A DNA stretch of 64,000 nt, from positions 63,996,464-64,060,463 of the forward strand of contig NC_043011.1 of assembly GCF_006345805.1 (NCBI RefSeq), in the 5' to 3' direction. Shown here piece after piece: positions 59,403 through 64,000 of this stretch; within the stretch, counting starts at the first letter, position 1, and the number at the start of each line of letters is the position of its first letter. Under the pieces are notes generated by a model. That model did not search any database, was not told the origin of the DNA, and saw nothing but the letters and a program-made list of their open reading frames with translations. Made by a program: the position numbers and the translations under genes. This DNA comes from Octopus sinensis. Lineage: Eukaryota.

Positions 59403-61700
59403 ATAACTTAGAATAACTTAGAAAGGATTTGGCCAGTATTGGCCCAGGCCATGTCTAACTTAATAGCACCACCTGGCGAAGTCTTTCAGTTCAGGATTTG
59501 GGCACCAAGGCCCATTCGAGCAGAGAGTTATTGTTTGCGGAGACATATCCGGGTGTGGGTGGTTTGTCCGGGACTGTTTGAAGGAATTTGTCCAAAGAAT
59601 TCTTGAATTTTGTGTGGTCAGTTTCTGTTTTGATGTGTCCTGGTGTAATGTTGAAGAGAGCGGGTCCAAATGAGGTGAAATAATTGTGCCGTATTGTCGT
59701 TATGTGATGCGATTTAGATTTTTGTTGTGGACGGATGGCACGTGGTCCAAGCCTTGGATGTATTTTGAAGGTGATGCTAATATCATTCGGACAGTGCTGA
59801 TGGAATATTTTCCACATCATACAGATAATGTAGCGTTCACGGCGTCGTTGGAGTGAATACAGTTTCAGCTTCTCTAGTTTACCCCAGTAGTCAAGGTCTG
59901 ACATGCCATCTTTCTTTTTTGTGATTGACCTTTGGGGAGCTTCAATTCTCATAATATTTTGTTTTGTGTAGGGAGACCACAGTGGACAGTAGTATTCAAG
60001 GTGGGGTCGGGCAAAAGTGGAGAAGAGAAGGATAATAGTGTGGGAATCGCTCGACTGGAAGGTTCTGAGAATCCAGGAACACATTCTGCGGGCCATGTCA
60101 ACTTTGCTGCTTATGTGTGTACCCCAGCTTATGTTGTTGTCCACTGTTACTCCCAAGTCTCTGATGTTGTTGGACGCCATGAAAATTTCTCCTGAAGGAA
60201 GGGACTATGAGTGTTTCAGAGCGTCCTGCCTTCCAAAGTGGATCAGTTCGAATTTGTCTAGCAGCATGTTATTCTTCTCCGCCCATTGGACAACAGCCAG
60301 TAGGTCTGACTGAAGGCTTTTTCGGTCATCCACGCCATTGATGACCTTCTGGAGCTTGGAATCATCAGCGAAGGTTCTGATGTTACTGTGTTTGATGGTG
60401 TCAGTAATATCATTTATGTAGATGATGAAGAGAAGTGGGCCCAACACAGTGCCTTGTGGGACACCACTGCTGACTTTGGCTGGGCTGGATTTGACTCCTT
60501 CGACTACAACATGTTGGGTTCTGTTAGACAGGAAGCACTTGATCCACTGCAGCAGCTTTCCAGTGACACCAATATTGAACAGCTTTCTCAGTAGGATCTT
60601 ATGATCAACCCTGTCAAAGGCCTTGCTGAAATCAAGGTAGATGACATCAGTGTTGGAACCCTCTTCCAAGGCTCTCAAAATGACATCAAAATGATGCAGT
60701 AGCTGCGTCAGGCAATCTCTTCCATTACGGAATCCATGCTGGTTGGAGTTCAGCATATTATGACTCTCGAGGAAGTGAGTCATACGTGATCTCACCACTC
60801 TCTCAAATACCTTAATGATATGAGAGGTGAGTGAGATTGGACGGTAATTCACGGCAAGCGATTTGTTTCTTTTTTTGAAAACTGGGACAACAGTCTGGGA
60901 TAGAAGGTCTTCTGGTATATATCCAGCATCCAGTGACTTCCGCCACAGATTGGCTAGAGGAGGTGCAAGTTGGTTTTGACACATCTTCAGGACACAAGCA
61001 GGTAACCTATCGGGACCTACTGCTGAATTATGCTTCATTTCCTTTATTGCTGCTAAGACATCAGGAGCGCCAAAGGTTATGTCCGATAAAGTGTATTGGG
61101 GAGTAACATCACTGATACAGCCCAGATCAGTCATATCAGGATTGCTGAAAACAGAGCAATATTGTTTCTGCAATATTTCTCCCATGGTTTTGGCATTGTC
61201 TTGAAGAGTACCATTTTCATCAATCAGAGGGCCAACAGTAGAACCAGTGACTCTGTGTTTTTTTGCAAATGAAAAGAACACTTTGGGATTGAGTTTGATC
61301 TTCTCAATGGCCCAGGCCTCGTCAGCTCTTCGCTGACTATTGATGATAGACCTTATGTTGTTTTGGAGTTTATGTTTTTTTAATCTCTAGCGACGAGATG
61401 GCAGTCAGGTTGGTGTGTTGCTGTTGACAGTATTTCAGCTTGTTGATCTTTTTGTTAATTCTTCTAATTTTCCTGATGAGAGATTTTCTATTTCTAGGGA
61501 TTCGACACTTAGATTTGTTTGCAGATATTAATGCGGTGTGTTTTGCACATATATTCGTAATGGTGTCTACAAATGACTGCCAGGACTTTTTGATGTTAGT
61601 AGGTGTGTATGTGTGCGTGAAGGATCAATCGACCTGTGCAAGATCATTATTGATCGCTTCCCAGTTTGCATTGTGGAAATCCATAGAAATCCATGGAAAT
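59403..61700 (-). mobile_element. 5'-truncated CR1-clade LINE (RT plus C-terminal domain), young
   Basis: NYRPISLTS, QHGFR.GR.CLTQL, YLDFSKAFD.V.H, GVPQGTVLGPLLF, FADD and RDLGV. ORFs 60205..61281 and 59491..60180 are in one frame split by a single TAG. Short tandem 3' tail (tctaagttat)2. Confidence 0.93.
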
Positions 61701-63633
61701 CCATATATATATATCAACAACCAACTCTCTCCTAGCAACTACGAATACGAATCGAAACCGAGTATATGTAGCGAGGTATGTCCTTTACTCTAAGATACCC
61801 AACGAGATGCATATGCACCGGAGGATGCAAGATTGTTTGAAACGATGTTTGTAATGAATAAATATTCTCCTGAACTTTCTTTCCGTTTCCCTCCTTTATT
61901 ATGTATACATATATGTATGGGTGAGTGTGTCTGTGTAAACGCACACACATATGTATGTGTGTGTGTTTCTCTGTGTCTGTGTGTGAGTGAGTGAGCGTAT
62001 TTGTTCTGCTTTAATTGTTTCAGTCGCGGGACTGTGGCTACGGTAAATCCTTGAAGGAATTTCGTGGAAGGAAACGAAAGCACAGGTGTTTCTTGTTATT
62101 GTAAATCCTGCCACTTATGTTATGCCTCGTGTGGAAATCGAGAAGTTATGGACACATTAGAAATAAAAATAGAACTTGTCAAGCGGCCAGAGGAGTCAAA
62201 AACATAACTTCAAAATGGAATGTAAATAAATGTAAATAATTATAACTGTTTATTGGCCTGCATCCTGTTACTCTCTAATAATTGCAAACATCTGCCACTT
62301 GTAATTTCGTCGTGAAATTTGTCAATATACCTTTAGCAGAAGACGTTAAGATTTTGCTGAAAACCGAGAATGATAACGTATGTTTTAATTTCCTTTCTCA
62401 TTATTTGTAAGTATCTACATATTATATTTCTTCTTTTATATATAAATTCGTGTAGACGTCAGCAAGTGTAATTATATGTTATCTAAATAGACATATTTTT
62501 ATTTCAACAACTAAGGGCTGTTTAATGACCAGTCACACCTATTTTTACACCTTAGCGACGTAATGTTGAAGAATTGAAAAGTATGAATAGATGCGATATA
62601 GAATAGCGCAGTGTGAACATTAACACGTAACAAAAATGCTAGGGCAAGATATTTATAAAAGCCAAATATGGCAATTTGCTTATGTAATCATTTATAAAAT
62701 CTGAAACATATTTATTCATATGTGGGAATAATTCGACATGCGTCTGTATATTGTGTTGTCTGGAAATTTCGCACCGATTTTTAAAAGAAAGAAAACAGGT
62801 CAATAAATATTTCCCATTACATTTTTAATCAGCCAAGTATGAACCATCTTGTTGCACAATGCGTGTCCATCTTTCCTTTAACTTGTAAATACCCTCTTCC
62901 CAGAAATAAGGTGGTTTCATGGCAAAGAATTCATCAAAGATATCTTTTTACGTCATTCAAGGAATTGAAATTTTTACCATTAAGACTATTCTGCAGAGAC
63001 TTGAATAAGTGGAAATCCAAAGGAATAATAATATCTGGTGAATATGGAGTGTGGGGTAACACATACGAACCAGGCTGCTGCAATTTTTGTCTGGTTCCCA
63101 AAGCATCAAGTGCCGAAAAGGAAGTTTCTTATCGTCCATTTTTAAGGGTTACAGAATTAATACAATTTATAGGAACATAAACTTTTCACGAAAATATAGC
63201 TTAATCTGTGCTCTATTTGGAGGTGTAGTCAAATCCTATTTTATGGACTCAACCATGTTCTAAAATAAATCAAAAGGTAAGTAACTATAAATCGGTATGA
63301 ACTTTCCGGACAACCCAATATTTTGTCTAGCCATTGCGATAATAACAATATATGCATGTTTCTGAACGAAGCATCAGTCGAGTATAGAACGGGAGTAACA
63401 GAATTAGTTGACAAAAAAAAAAATAAAAGATTATCTTATGAATTTCATTAGGTTTCACATGCTTCTGTTATCAGATGCGGCGGACTCATTGTTAAGTAAC
63501 TGGGAAACACCTTATAGTTTCATCGGAGACTCAAATATGAAGTGCGGAAGTTATAGAATGTTACTGAGGTACTTTGCTAATTTATAGCAGAAAAATTTAC
63601 GAACTAATTAAGTTTATTCCTGTCATATCATTT

Positions 63634-63768
<135 letters not shown>

Positions 63769-63816
63769 CATGTGTGTGTGTGTATAGTTGAAATTTGTAG
63801 AAAAAAGACGAAGATA

Positions 63817-63845
63817 TACGAGGGGGTACTGAAAGGACCTGGAAT
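63817..63845 (+). mobile_element. Mariner/MITE-type TIR start
   Basis: tacgagggggtactgaaagg resembles the TIR at 2851. Confidence 0.4.
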
Positions 63846-64000
63846 TATACGTTATTGAGGAGATATTTCTCCACAATAAAATATATTAAACCAGCGTAAC
63901 TTGGATAAAAATATCGCTACAAGAGATTTAAATGTTTTCATAGAGACATTATATATATATAATATACAGAAAATTGGTACACCTGGAAAACGATGATATT

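Noticed and set aside
62839-63180. 113-aa ORF with a CCNFC motif as a possible fourth gene
   Set aside because: No family Cys spacing, no signal peptide, no recognisable splice pattern or homology.

Overview
AT-rich eukaryotic DNA packed with microsatellites and transposon debris. The SINE families and overall composition look like an Octopus-type cephalopod genome (inference). Most ORFs in the supplied track are microsatellite artefacts or transposon fragments. Hidden between the repeats is a tandem, same-strand (+) cluster of three multi-exon genes (A 7714-13736, B 20737-39707, C 44857-55896) that the ORF track misses because every coding exon is 100 nt or shorter. They share one exon plan (37/100/88/39-42/60 nt, phases 1-2-0-0). 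They encode 80-107 aa proteins with a signal peptide and a six-cysteine domain (C-x7-C-x16-C-x8-C-x7-C-x11-C). A and B end in a hydrophobic, GPI-signal-like tail; C stops early and should be secreted. The core of B (FCNLYPSYEPCTKRTNTTCAGYFLY) closely matches the BMP-binding N-terminal helical domain of repulsive guidance molecule/hemojuvelin as I recall it ([25 protein letters not shown]), but the rest of RGM is absent. The cluster therefore looks like a diversifying family of stand-alone RGM-N-like miniproteins; this needs HMM and structural confirmation. Decayed exon relics suggest up to three further dead copies. The window also holds several minimal type I hammerhead-ribozyme motifs tied to Penelope-like elements, mariner elements, Helitron, L1/Tx1, R4/Dong-like and CR1 fragments, SINEs, fold-back repeats and minisatellites. 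All exon models are manual and unverified by RNA data.
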